The notes: generated by a model not told the origin, from the sequence alone. DNA of 64,000 bases from an uncultured Chitinophagaceae bacterium (GCA_964600785.1 CAZRKH010000126.1:19231-83230), one strand, 5' to 3'. Shown: positions 37,401-45,830, counted from the stretch's first letter. Numbers and translations: made by a program.

Positions 37401-37676
37401 AGCGTGCTGACCGGCTCCTACACCTACCGCATGAGCCCCAAGTGGGCGAGCTCCTTCGGATCCTCGATCGACCTCACCGGCCGCAACATCGGCCAGCGGT
37501 TCGAGCTGGTGCGGATCGGCGAGTCGTTCCTGATGAGCTTCGGCTTCAACGTCGACTTCAGCCGTCAGAACGTGGGCGTGACGTTCAACCTCGAGCCGCG
37601 GTTCCTCTCGCGGACCCAATTCGCGACCCGCACCGGGATCGACGTCCCGGTGGCGGGCGCCTACGGGCTGGAGTAG
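34407..37676 (+). CDS. LptD/OstA-like outer-membrane LPS-assembly protein (very large)
   Basis: Signal peptide LSSLFALVMLACA. Two OstA-like segments are present: ISITAGQASRWTEGSYEVWHLTGGARIQQGTTEARAHEAVVWI and IAADRMVIWTQ...MEIYMEGNVIFRQAQRVVEAVGMYYDV. The remaining ~700 aa are rich in aromatic/Gly residues in a beta-barrel-like pattern. The family assignment is by pattern only. Confidence 0.6.
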   Translation: MRDPPTSTEALDGRGRGALAVRLSSLFALVMLACADMPRAWSEPPPPTAAGGVLANLPAKGLAAAIAEAGQIEVPGVDPAEPISITAGQASRWTEGSYEVWHLTGGARIQQGTTEARAHEAVVWIEQSDGSLATGGEPPPARRILVRMAGNVQVRASGEATSTIRGPRWAGRFWTYRDPLLDFASVVPAGGGPTRYKAPAEATTPVSVEPLADGVALTAADGSGEGGVELLPPPTGDDEGVEPAQFAEFGAPAVPQAAAASSVRRLRAFPRSSAPLNVRWFPAPGGGEWIAVITSGVNLVIDGVDPAGPLDIAADRMVIWTQSSQQPSLDGSSGQPSDTPMEIYMEGNVIFRQAQRVVEAVGMYYDVPRSSGVITGATVLTPVDNYSGVVRLRADVLRQVARSRFVAQQAGLTSSRLALPTWEFRSREMSFTDEQVPLPGPFGQTQVDPATGEPAVEHQQYIRSRGNTVRLWGVPVLWWPILATNAKKPTFYINNAQVKNDQIFGTQILTNWDAFQVFGWQRPPDGVDWDFDVDYLSLRGPAAGTSLLYNRPDFLWLGTPANGVLDGWFINDTGIDRLGLFRNNFTFPNSFRGRSFWRHRQDLGMGWQTRGTAGWISDYNFLEEYYEAEWEEGFEQRTWLDIRRTIDTRELRLLASYRVDPFFTQSQWWPRLDHYFIGQPLLRDALTWYEHSSVSYVSQPLPAPPDVGQGLEFFTLLPYEAPVIGERIATRQEIDFPFQAGAVKLVPYALGELAHWGQDLNEQPINRAYGQVGIRSSLPMWWSDNSIESNLWNVHGIAHKVVFDLDFSYANSTQDINQFPLYDQIDDDAINQYRRNIPYFDFGAVPFQGSFVPLQAPFIFGPDNKFDPRLYAIRRGMGSWVTGPTEIANDLTAFRVAARQRWQTKRGPIGNRRIIDWIILDIDGEFFPVTNQNFGQTLGLWQYDFRWHVGDRTTILSTADVDFFTEGQQLYTVGALINRTTRGSFYMGYQSFAGPIEASVLTGSYTYRMSPKWASSFGSSIDLTGRNIGQRFELVRIGESFLMSFGFNVDFSRQNVGVTFNLEPRFLSRTQFATRTGIDVPVAGAYGLE

Positions 37677-37740
37677 GCCGGTGCGGGACGCACCGGCCTA
37701 CAGGACGGTCAAGCCGGTGCGGGACGCACCGGCCTACAGG
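37674..37740. repeat. Two tandem copies (36-nt period) of a palindromic REP-like element
   Basis: TAGGCCGGTGCG-GGA-CGCACCGGCCTA (37674-37700) has a 12-bp perfect stem. The 28-nt string GCCGGTGCGGGACGCACCGGCCTACAGG occurs at 37677-37704 and again at 37713-37740. The same core recurs at 53387-53413. Confidence 0.9.
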
Positions 37741-39298
37741 CCCGCCAGATCGCGAAGGTTGCCGCGAGCAGCAGGTAGCCGACGGCCATCGAGAGCGGCC
37801 CTCGGCCGGCCGCCTCCGGCGGCAAAGGCCCGATCGCCCAGGGCAGAAAGAGCCGACCGTCGGCAAACGGCGAGTGGATAACGCCAAAGAGCGTGAGCCC
37901 GGCGGCAGCGGCCGCCCAGGCCGCCGCCCGCAGCAGCTGGTGATCGATCAGACTTGCGGTCAGTCCCGCCCAGACAAGGCTTGTGACGATGAAGCCCGCC
38001 GCCAGCAGGTGGATTGTGTAGAGCTCCACCGCGAGCGGGCCCTCCGGCTCGGCCCCGGCCGCCACAAGCTTGTCGGAATGAATCACCATCATCGCCGCAA
38101 GCGCCGGAACGCAGGCAATCGCCACCGCCGGGTAGTGCCTTGTCGGCGTGGCCCGAAAACTCTGGGCCGTGATCTCCAAACCGATGAAGACCAGGATCGG
38201 GAGGATCGCGGGGGCGGGAATGATTTCGTAGAGGTAGGCGAAGCTGCCGGTCAGGCCGGCCGCCCCGATGACCACCGCCGTGGCGAGGGTGTAGGCGGCC
38301 CGACCGCCCATCGCCTTGTAGGCCGGATGGCCGATGTAGGGCGTGGTCTGGATCACGCCTCCACAGGCTCCGGCGATCACGGTGGCCAGGCCCTCCACGG
38401 CGATGATCCGACCGGTGTGATACTCGTCGCCGGCGGCCGCCGCGCTCTCGGTGCAATCGATGCCGCCCACCACCGTGCCCAACGCGAAGGGGATCACGAT
38501 CGGCAGATACTTGAGGGTGTCATTGAAGGCCTCGAGCCACTCGCAGCGGAGTGCCGCGAGCCACTCCGTCGGCCAGAGGGCCGCCGCCGGGTCGACCATC
38601 GCCTGTTCCCGTACCGGCAGCCAGCCCGCCGCAGTGCCCGCCGCATAGAGCAGTCCACCCGCGGCGAGGGCGGCGAGGGCCCCGGGAATTCGCAGCGGGA
38701 AGGGAATTGCGGCGGTCAGGCTTCCCAGCACGATTCCCATCGAGACCAGCCCCACCACCGGCGTGCCCACGATCTCGAGCGTCGGCAGGAAGGTGATCAG
38801 CGCCAGGGCGATCGCCGCGAGGCTGCCGAGCAATCCCGCCCGCGGCACCATCCTGCGGATCCTGCCGGCGAAAGGGGCGGCGGCCAGCTTGAACAGCCCG
38901 CTGGCAACAATCGAGCACATGCCCACATGCCAGGCATGGCGGGCGGCCGCCTCGGCGGCGAGGCCGCCGGCGAGCGACTCCTGGTAGGCCGGCCCGAGCA
39001 CGAAGAAGACCATGCCGAAGGTGCTCGGCGTGTCGAGGCCCAGCGGCATCGCCGTCACGTCGTTGCGGCCGCTGCGGGCCGCCAGGCGGAAGGCCATCCA
39101 TGTAAAGAGCAAGTCCCCCACCACGACCCCCACGGCCGTGCCGGGCACGAGATGCCCCAGGGCAAACTGGGCGGGATAGCCGAAGGCCCCGGCCAGCAGG
39201 CCGACGGTGAGCACGAGATCGGCGAGGTTGTCGAGCGCCAGGCCGAAAAAGGCGTTCACGTCGCCCGGGGCGGCCCAGCGGTAGCGGTGCGTCTCCAC
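37709..39298 (-). CDS. Multi-pass membrane permease, NCS2/AzgA-like (xanthine/uracil permease superfamily), tentative
   Basis: About 12 hydrophobic segments. The block GGIDCTESAAAAGDEYHTGRIIAVEGLATVIAGACGGVIQTTPYIGHPAYKAMGGRAAYTLATAVVIGAAG resembles the AzgA-type block (ESAAG...GGRTGLTA). The start is set at GTG 39298 because the longer ORF (to 39463) would overlap the divergent sigma gene. The last 9 codons are encoded by the REP-like repeat. Confidence 0.5.
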   Translation of the reverse strand: METHRYRWAAPGDVNAFFGLALDNLADLVLTVGLLAGAFGYPAQFALGHLVPGTAVGVVVGDLLFTWMAFRLAARSGRNDVTAMPLGLDTPSTFGMVFFVLGPAYQESLAGGLAAEAAARHAWHVGMCSIVASGLFKLAAAPFAGRIRRMVPRAGLLGSLAAIALALITFLPTLEIVGTPVVGLVSMGIVLGSLTAAIPFPLRIPGALAALAAGGLLYAAGTAAGWLPVREQAMVDPAAALWPTEWLAALRCEWLEAFNDTLKYLPIVIPFALGTVVGGIDCTESAAAAGDEYHTGRIIAVEGLATVIAGACGGVIQTTPYIGHPAYKAMGGRAAYTLATAVVIGAAGLTGSFAYLYEIIPAPAILPILVFIGLEITAQSFRATPTRHYPAVAIACVPALAAMMVIHSDKLVAAGAEPEGPLAVELYTIHLLAAGFIVTSLVWAGLTASLIDHQLLRAAAWAAAAAGLTLFGVIHSPFADGRLFLPWAIGPLPPEAAGRGPLSMAVGYLLLAATFAIWRACRPVRPAPA

Positions 39299-39457
39299 GG
39301 CGTGGGATCGTACCACGGGCAGCCTGAGGCAGTTGGGCCGATAGGCGGGCGATTCGCCGCAGATCGCGGGCCCGCCGCAAACTGCTCCAGCCGGGGGATA
39401 TACTCGGTTTGGCCCAGTGAACCCTTCCCCCTCCGGAATCGTAGGAAAGGCGAGTCC

Positions 39458-40120
39458 GTGCACGATCTGCCCGCCGACACCGCTCGGAAAGGCTCCCCCG
39501 TCGGGGGGCGGCAGGCCTGGCGGACTCCGCAGGCGGCCGAGCCGCCATCCGACGAAGACCTGCTCGAGCGATTCCGGACCTCCGGCGACGAAGATGCCTT
39601 CGCGGCGATGGTGCGGCGTTATGAACTGGAGTTGTTCAATTACCTGCGGCGGTATCTCGGGAATGCCGAAATGGCGGAAGACGTGTTTCAGGCCACCTTC
39701 CTGCAGATCTATCTGAAGAAGGAATCATTCGAGCAGGGTCGTCGGTTCCGGCCTTGGCTCTACACGATCGCGACAAATCAGGCGATCGACGCCCAGCGGC
39801 GGAACAAGCGACACAAAATGGTGAGTCTCGACAACCGCACCGGAGGCGATGACGACGTGGGAGCGTTGGTGGAGATGCTCGCGGGACGCGACCCGACGGC
39901 CGATCAAAAGCTCGAGGGTGAGGAGGCCAAGGCATGGGTTCGGGAGGCGGTCGACGAACTGCCCGATCCGCTGCGGAGTGCCCTGCTGCTCGTCTACCAC
40001 CAGGGCATGAAATACCGCGAGGCGGCCGAAACCCTGGGAATTCCCGTCGGCACCGTGAAGAGCCGGCTCCACTCGGCAATCCTGAAGCTCAATGAATCCT
40101 GGGCGGCCAGCCGCACCTGA
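39458..40120 (+). CDS. ECF (group 4) RNA polymerase sigma factor
   Basis: Region 2 (DEDAFAAMVRRYELELFNYLRRYLGNAEMAEDVFQATFLQIY...FRPWLYTIATNQAIDAQRR) and region 4 (LPDPLRSALLLVYHQGMKYREAAETLGIPVGTVKSRLHSAILKL). The upstream part of ORF 37109..40120 is antisense to the permease. GTG 39458 is taken as the start. Confidence 0.85.
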   Translation: MHDLPADTARKGSPVGGRQAWRTPQAAEPPSDEDLLERFRTSGDEDAFAAMVRRYELELFNYLRRYLGNAEMAEDVFQATFLQIYLKKESFEQGRRFRPWLYTIATNQAIDAQRRNKRHKMVSLDNRTGGDDDVGALVEMLAGRDPTADQKLEGEEAKAWVREAVDELPDPLRSALLLVYHQGMKYREAAETLGIPVGTVKSRLHSAILKLNESWAASRT

Positions 40121-41126
40121 CCTGTTTCCCCACGACGGACATTTTTCGATGCGACACGACCTGGTTGGCTACCTGCTCTCGGCCGTCGAGGATCACGAAC
40201 GGGCCCGGATCGACGAGGCGATCGAGGCAGACGACTCGCGGCTGAAGGGGCAACTCGAGAGCGTGCGGCTGGCCCTGCGGCCGCTCGCCTGCGACGAGGA
40301 GCCGATCGCGCCGCCGGCCGGACTCGCCGAGCGGACGATCCGTTTCGTGCAGGTCGAGCAGGCCAGGTCCGCCCCGCGGCTCACGCCCGAGCCCTCTTCG
40401 GGGCCGGAGATCGTGCCGCTGCGGCAGGTCTGGCTCGACAGGATGCTGATCGCGGCGGCGGCGTTGGCTGCCTGCGTCCTGCTCGCCCCGCTGCTGCTCG
40501 ACGCGATTGAAGATTCCCGCAGCCTGCGTGTGGAACGCAAGCTCGGCAGGCTCTCGGCCGCCCTGCACGGGTACGGCGACGACCACCGCGGGCTGCCCGC
40601 GCCGCCGCCGGATGGCCCCCTCTCGCGGGCCGGCCTCTACGGCCCCACGCTCGTCGCCGAACATCGACTCGTGGCGGACGACGGCACGGTGCTCATTCCA
40701 GGGAGCCCGCTCGCCGAGGCGGGCCACTTTCGAATTCCCACGCTCGAGGAACTGGAGGCCGCGGTCGGCACCGAGCGGCTGGAGGAACTCGTGCGGCGGA
40801 TGGGTGGCGACTTCGGCTACACCCTCGGCCACCGCGGAGCAGATGGCCGCCTCGCGCCGATCCGCGACCGGCGGCGGGCCCATCATCCGCTGATGGCCGA
40901 TGCCCCCGAGGACCACGGCCTCTACAGCACAAACCACCCCGACGGCCTGCACCATGTGCTCTTCGAGGACGGCAGCGTGAAGCGAATCTTCGATCCCAAG
41001 CTCCCCAATCACGATCCGGCCGACGACATCCTCTACGACCATCTCTATCACAATCACGACGGCGTTCTCGCCGCCGGCGTGGATGACGAAGACTCGGCCA
41101 TCGGCGGCAGCCACCACCGGCCATAG
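40092..41126 (+). CDS. Putative anti-sigma factor with a single TM and a DUF1559/H-X9-DG pseudopilin-like extracytoplasmic domain
   Basis: It overlaps the sigma gene by 29 nt (or starts at ATG 40149). The N-terminus HDLVGYLLSAVEDHERARIDEAIEADDS is anti-sigma-like and lacks the Cys residues of zf-HC2. The TM is MLIAAAALAACVLLAPLLL. RKLGRLSAALHGYGDDHRGLPAPP and NHPDGLHHVLFEDGSVKRI follow; the latter resembles the HPGGxNVLFADGSV motif with one extra residue. Confidence 0.55.
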   Translation: MNPGRPAAPDLFPHDGHFSMRHDLVGYLLSAVEDHERARIDEAIEADDSRLKGQLESVRLALRPLACDEEPIAPPAGLAERTIRFVQVEQARSAPRLTPEPSSGPEIVPLRQVWLDRMLIAAAALAACVLLAPLLLDAIEDSRSLRVERKLGRLSAALHGYGDDHRGLPAPPPDGPLSRAGLYGPTLVAEHRLVADDGTVLIPGSPLAEAGHFRIPTLEELEAAVGTERLEELVRRMGGDFGYTLGHRGADGRLAPIRDRRRAHHPLMADAPEDHGLYSTNHPDGLHHVLFEDGSVKRIFDPKLPNHDPADDILYDHLYHNHDGVLAAGVDDEDSAIGGSHHRP

Positions 41127-41246
41127 CCGACTGGGAAACGAGGCTCCCTCTGAGCCCGGCTGCCGCTGCTCGTTGACGGCCTTCAGCGACGAGGCATAGA
41201 CTCCCCTCCGCGAAAACCCGCGGAAACTTCGGAGAAAATCGTCACC

Positions 41247-43313
41247 ATGTCGCCAAGCACCCAGGCTCCCCCCCCCGCCGACACCGACCTCGACCGGCTC
41301 GCGATCGACACCATTCGCACGCTCTCGATGGACGCCGTGGAAGCCGCCAAGAGCGGCCATCCCGGCACGCCGATGGCCCTCGCACCGGTGGCCTACACCG
41401 TCTGGCGGGACTTCCTCCGCTACGATCCCGCCGCCCCCGACTGGCCCAACCGCGACCGCTTCGTGCTCTCCTGCGGCCATGCCTCGATGCTCCTCTATTC
41501 GCTGATCCACCTGGCGGGCATCAGGCGAGCCGACGGCGGGGGTCCGGCCGTGAGCCTCGAGCAGATCGAGCGATTTCGACAGCTCGACAGCGTCTGCGCC
41601 GGCCACCCGGAGCAGCACATGACCTCCGGCATCGAGACAACCACCGGCCCGCTCGGCCAGGGCTGCGGCAACTCGGTGGGGATGGCGATCGCCTCGAAGT
41701 GGCTTGCCGCCCGCTACAACCGGCCCGGCTGCACCCTCTTCGACTTCGACAGCTACGTCCTCTGCAGCGACGGCGATTTGATGGAGGGGGTTTCCTGCGA
41801 GGCGGCCTCTCTTGCCGGCCACCTCAAGCTCTCCAATCTCTGCTGGATCTACGACGACAACCGGATCACGATCGAGGGAGAAACCGATCTCGCCTTCAGC
41901 GAAAACGTGGCCGAACGATTCCGCGGCCTCGGCTGGCAGGTGCTGCATGTCGACGACGCCAATGACACCGCGGCGATGGCCCGGGCCCTCGAGGCCTTTC
42001 GGGTGTGCCACGAGCAGCCGACGCTGATCATCGTGAAGAGCACGATCGGCTACGGGGCACCGACGAAGGCGGGATCCCACTCCGCCCACGGCGCTCCCCT
42101 CGGCCCGGAAGAGGTCGCTGCGGCCAAGGCCTTTTATGGCTGGCCCGCCGATGCGCGGTTTCGCGTTCCCGAGGGGGTGCCGGCGAGGTTCGACGAGACG
42201 CTCGGCGATCGCGGCCGCCGGTCCCACCAGGCCTGGATCGCGGCCCGGGCCGGCCTTCGCGAGGCCGACCCCGCCGCCGCGGACGAACTTGACGGCCTGC
42301 TCAGCGGGCGGCTGCCGGCCGGCTGGGACGCGGGAATTCCAGAGTTCCCGCCCGACGCCAAGGGGCTTGCCAGCCGGGTTTCCTCAGGCAAGGTGCTCTC
42401 GGCGATCAGCCCCACCGTGCCCTGGCTGATCGGTGGTTCGGCCGACCTGGCCCCCTCCACGATGACGCTCGTGGCCGGGGCGGGCGAGTTCGAACCCGGC
42501 GGCTACGGCGGTCGCAATCTGCACTTCGGCATCCGCGAGCATGGCATGGCCGCCGCGGCCAACGGCATGGCCCTCTCGGGCCTGCGGCCTTATGTCGCGA
42601 CCTTCTTCGTGTTCTTCGACTACCTCAAGCCGGCCCTGCGGCTTTCGGCCCTGGGTGAACTCGGCGTGATCTACGTGCTGACCCACGACTCGATCGGCCT
42701 TGGTGAAGACGGACCGACTCACCAGCCAATCGAGCAACTCGCCAGCGCCCGCGCCGTGCCGGGGCTCTCCGTCTTTCGGCCGGGCGACGCCAACGAGGTG
42801 GCCGAGACATGGCGGGTGGTGATGCAGCGGCCCGACAGGCCGGCGGTGATCGTGCTCTCCCGGCAGGCCCTGCCCACGCTCGACCGCAGCGGCCTTGGCC
42901 CGGCCGCAGGAGTGGCCCGCGGGGCCTATGTGCTGCGGGAAGCCGACGGGGGTGAGCCGCGGTGCATCCTGATCGGCACCGGCAGCGAGGTGATGCTCTG
43001 CCTCGAAGCGGCGGAGATGCTCGCCGCGGAGGGGATCGCGGCGCGGGTGGTGAGCATGCCGAGTTGGGATCTCTTCGAGGAGCAAGACGCGGCCTACCGC
43101 GAGAGCGTGCTGCCGCGGAAGGTCACGGCCAGAGTTGCCTGCGAGGCGGCCTGCAATTTCGGCTGGGAACGCTGGATCGGCCGCTGCGGCCGGTTTGTGG
43201 GGATGCGGGGCTTTGGGGCCTCCGCCCCGGCCAAGGATCTCTACGCCCATTTCGGGATCACCGCCGAAACAATCGCCCGGGCCGCCCGCGAGGCGGTTGG
43301 GGATAGCCGGTGA
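41247..43313 (+). CDS. tkt: Transketolase
   Basis: DTIRTLSMDAVEAAKSGHPGTPMALAPVAYTVW, NRDRFVLSCGHASMLLYSL, GPLGQGCGNSVGMA, CSDGDLMEGVSCEA and THDSIGLGEDGPTHQPIEQL. The gene is 688 aa. Confidence 0.97.
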   Translation: MSPSTQAPPPADTDLDRLAIDTIRTLSMDAVEAAKSGHPGTPMALAPVAYTVWRDFLRYDPAAPDWPNRDRFVLSCGHASMLLYSLIHLAGIRRADGGGPAVSLEQIERFRQLDSVCAGHPEQHMTSGIETTTGPLGQGCGNSVGMAIASKWLAARYNRPGCTLFDFDSYVLCSDGDLMEGVSCEAASLAGHLKLSNLCWIYDDNRITIEGETDLAFSENVAERFRGLGWQVLHVDDANDTAAMARALEAFRVCHEQPTLIIVKSTIGYGAPTKAGSHSAHGAPLGPEEVAAAKAFYGWPADARFRVPEGVPARFDETLGDRGRRSHQAWIAARAGLREADPAAADELDGLLSGRLPAGWDAGIPEFPPDAKGLASRVSSGKVLSAISPTVPWLIGGSADLAPSTMTLVAGAGEFEPGGYGGRNLHFGIREHGMAAAANGMALSGLRPYVATFFVFFDYLKPALRLSALGELGVIYVLTHDSIGLGEDGPTHQPIEQLASARAVPGLSVFRPGDANEVAETWRVVMQRPDRPAVIVLSRQALPTLDRSGLGPAAGVARGAYVLREADGGEPRCILIGTGSEVMLCLEAAEMLAAEGIAARVVSMPSWDLFEEQDAAYRESVLPRKVTARVACEAACNFGWERWIGRCGRFVGMRGFGASAPAKDLYAHFGITAETIARAAREAVGDSR

Positions 43314-43360
43314 ACCACCCGGGCCCTGACAGGGCTGACTGCCTTGGCCGTCTTCCGCCG

Positions 43361-44806
43361 TCAGCGGGCGATGTGGCGGCGGTAGTCGCGGTCGAGTTCG
43401 TCGTAGGTCTTGCCGCAGAGCGTTGCCAGCATGCCCGGCTTCGCCTTGCCGGAGTAGATTGCGACGAGGTAGTCGATAAAGGCGTTGCGGTAGGCTCCCC
43501 GACGGCCGTTGATGAAGAAGTCGGCGAGTCCGGAGATCTGGCTGTAGAGCATCGGCAGATCGGGGCGGGCCTGAAAGGCCACCCGCCCGAGACCGTCGAG
43601 CTGCTCCAGAGGCAGGTAGAAATCGTCCTCGAGAAGCCGGCAGGCGGCCATCGGAACCCGTCCCTGATCGAGACCGCCGAGCCACCAGCCGTGGTCGTCC
43701 GGTTCGAGACTCTCCATGTAGCAGGCCACCGCCTCAATCGCCCAAAAGCCGCTCTGCTCACCGGCAAGGTTCGTGGTGCGGCGAGACTCGGCAAAGAGCT
43801 GGTGGGTCGCCTCGTGCCAGACGGTCGTCGGCTCCCGGTTTTCTTCGAAGAAGTAGGCGGTGTGGGTGGGCGTCCAGTAGAGCCCGAGGGTGCGGGCCGC
43901 CTGGGGCTCGATCTTTTCAAGCGTGCGGACATAGACGCCGCGGCGGGCGAAGAGGGTGGCCTGCATGCCACTGCCGGCACGCCGCGGCGGTGACGGCGTC
44001 CCGGCAAACCGCCGACGGAGTTCATCGTCGCTCCAGCCGAAGCCGCCGAAGGCCTGCCACCAGACGAGCCGCGTCTGCTCCAACGCCGCGGCAAGCCTGG
44101 CTGCGGCCGCGAGATCGGCCGTGGTGGTGATCCGCCAGTGATCCGATCGCCAGACCCAGGGATCATCCGTCGGCCGCGGCAGGGGCACCTCCTCCGCGGG
44201 CACCCAGCGGCCGCCCACGAGCCGCTCGCCGGTTTCAAGGCGGCCCGCCTCGCCGGCCGACTGCCAGCCGAAGGCCTCGGAAAAGACCTGCCCCCGTTCG
44301 AGCCGGGCCGCGGCCGCCGGCGAGACCCAGCGGCCCGCTCGCCGCACCCAGCCGCAGGCCTCGCGAGCCCGCTCGAGATCGGGATCCTCCCGGAGGGCGA
44401 TCGCCGCAAGCCGTACCGCCTCGCAGCGATCTCCGGCCGCAGCAGCCGCCGCCGCCGCCTGAAAAATTGCCTCACCGCGACGGCGACGGGCCCGAAGGAA
44501 CCGCCCGCGGACCTCGGCGGCCGACGGCGGTGGCTCGATCGGCCGCGACGGAATCATCAGGATTCGCTGGCGGCCGTCGAGCGGCTTCGACGCGGGGATC
44601 CACCAGCCGCCGATGAACCGGGCCAGTTCGGGCTCGCCCTCCTGCGAGGCCTCCGCGGCGAGCGAGGCCAGTTCGTCCCTCCAGGCGATGTCCGCAGCGG
44701 TCGCCGTAGGCTCGGCGGTCGCCGAGGCCGCGGCCGGCAGGTCCGCCGGGGCGGAGAGCCATCCTGCCAGCAGGATCGACGTGAGGCTGCATCGAATGCC
44801 GGTCAT
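43361..44806 (-). CDS. Secreted HExxH protein (putative zinc metallopeptidase, DUF1570-like)
   Basis: Signal-like N-terminus SLTSILLAGWLSAPADLPAAASA. The C-terminal domain has TVWHEATHQLF (HExxH) followed by FWAIEAVACYMES. The DUF1570 assignment is from memory of the family pattern. Confidence 0.5.
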   Translation of the reverse strand: MTGIRCSLTSILLAGWLSAPADLPAAASATAEPTATAADIAWRDELASLAAEASQEGEPELARFIGGWWIPASKPLDGRQRILMIPSRPIEPPPSAAEVRGRFLRARRRRGEAIFQAAAAAAAAGDRCEAVRLAAIALREDPDLERAREACGWVRRAGRWVSPAAAARLERGQVFSEAFGWQSAGEAGRLETGERLVGGRWVPAEEVPLPRPTDDPWVWRSDHWRITTTADLAAAARLAAALEQTRLVWWQAFGGFGWSDDELRRRFAGTPSPPRRAGSGMQATLFARRGVYVRTLEKIEPQAARTLGLYWTPTHTAYFFEENREPTTVWHEATHQLFAESRRTTNLAGEQSGFWAIEAVACYMESLEPDDHGWWLGGLDQGRVPMAACRLLEDDFYLPLEQLDGLGRVAFQARPDLPMLYSQISGLADFFINGRRGAYRNAFIDYLVAIYSGKAKPGMLATLCGKTYDELDRDYRRHIAR

Positions 44807-44828
44807 CCCGACCGCCCTTCCGGCCCGC

Positions 44829-45830
44829 TCAGGCCTCCTCGGCGAAGGCGGCGTCGAACTGCCGCCGGCTCGGAGCGAAATCGATCCTGCGGACGAACTC
44901 GCTCGCCTCGGTGGCCCCGTGCTCGCGGTCCATGCCGCAGTCTTCCCACTCCACCGAGAGCGGACCTTCGTAGTCGATCTGGTTGAGGGCCCGCATGATC
45001 TCCTCGAAATCGACCCCGCCGCGGCCGGGCGAACGGAAGTCCCAGCCCCTGCGGGGGTCGCCGAAGTTGAGGTGGCTCGCCAGGATGCCCTGCCGGCCGC
45101 CGAGCGTCACGATCGCGTCCTTGATGTGGACGTGGTAGATCCGGTCGTGAAAGGTGCGGATGAACTCGACCGAATCGACCCCCTGCCAGTGAAGATGGCT
45201 GGGGTCGAAGTTGAAGCCGAACTCTTCGCGGCGGCCGATCGCCTCAACCGCCCGCAGGGCGGTGAAGGTGTCAAAGGCAATTTCGGTGGGGTGCACCTCG
45301 AGCCCGAACCGCACGCCGCACTCGCCGAACACGTCGAGGATCGGGTTCCAGCGGTCCGCAAACTCCCGAAAGCCGGCCTCGATCATCGACTCCGGCACCG
45401 GCGGGAAGGAATAGAGCAAATGCCAGATGCCCGAGCCGGTGAAGCCGTTGACCACCGACACCCCGAGCTGCTGAGCGGCCCGGGCGGTGTTCATCATCTC
45501 CTCGGCGGCCCGCTCGTTGACCCCCGCGGGATCGCCATCGCCCCAGACATGCGGTGGAAGAATCGCCTTGTGCCGCTCGTCGATCCGATCACAGACCGCC
45601 TGGCCCACCAGATGGTTGGAGATCGCGTAGACCGAGAGATCGTGTCGCTCGAGCTGGTCTCTTTTCGCGGCGCAGTAGCCGCTCTCCTCGAGGGCCCGGG
45701 TCACCTCGAAGTGGTCTCCCCAGCAGGCCAGTTCCAGCCCGTCGTAGCCGAACTCCCGCGACTTGCGGGCCAAATCCTCGATCGGCATGTCGGCCCACTG
45801 GCCGGTAAACAGCGTGACAGGTCGTCCCAT
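44829..45830 (-). CDS. Sugar phosphate isomerase/epimerase (xylose isomerase-like TIM barrel)
   Basis: [41 protein letters not shown] and HVHIKDA are typical AP_endonuc_2/TIM-barrel metal-site blocks. The gene is 333 aa. Confidence 0.8.
   Translation of the reverse strand: MGRPVTLFTGQWADMPIEDLARKSREFGYDGLELACWGDHFEVTRALEESGYCAAKRDQLERHDLSVYAISNHLVGQAVCDRIDERHKAILPPHVWGDGDPAGVNERAAEEMMNTARAAQQLGVSVVNGFTGSGIWHLLYSFPPVPESMIEAGFREFADRWNPILDVFGECGVRFGLEVHPTEIAFDTFTALRAVEAIGRREEFGFNFDPSHLHWQGVDSVEFIRTFHDRIYHVHIKDAIVTLGGRQGILASHLNFGDPRRGWDFRSPGRGGVDFEEIMRALNQIDYEGPLSVEWEDCGMDREHGATEASEFVRRIDFAPSRRQFDAAFAEEA

Noticed and set aside
37109-39457. N-terminal ~780 codons of the 1003-aa plus-strand ORF 37109..40120
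   Set aside because: This part overlaps the 3' end of the lptD-like gene in another frame and is antisense to the permease. Only the last 220 codons (from GTG 39458) look like a real protein (ECF sigma).
41173-41202. TTGACG-18 nt-TAGACT upstream of tkt as a promoter
   Set aside because: The -35 is plausible, but the -10 is poor and the spacer long. Planctomycete promoter consensus is not well established, so it is not reported as a feature.
40089-42227. 712-aa ORF on the minus strand
   Set aside because: It is antisense to the anti-sigma and transketolase genes. Transketolase motifs on the plus strand are unambiguous.
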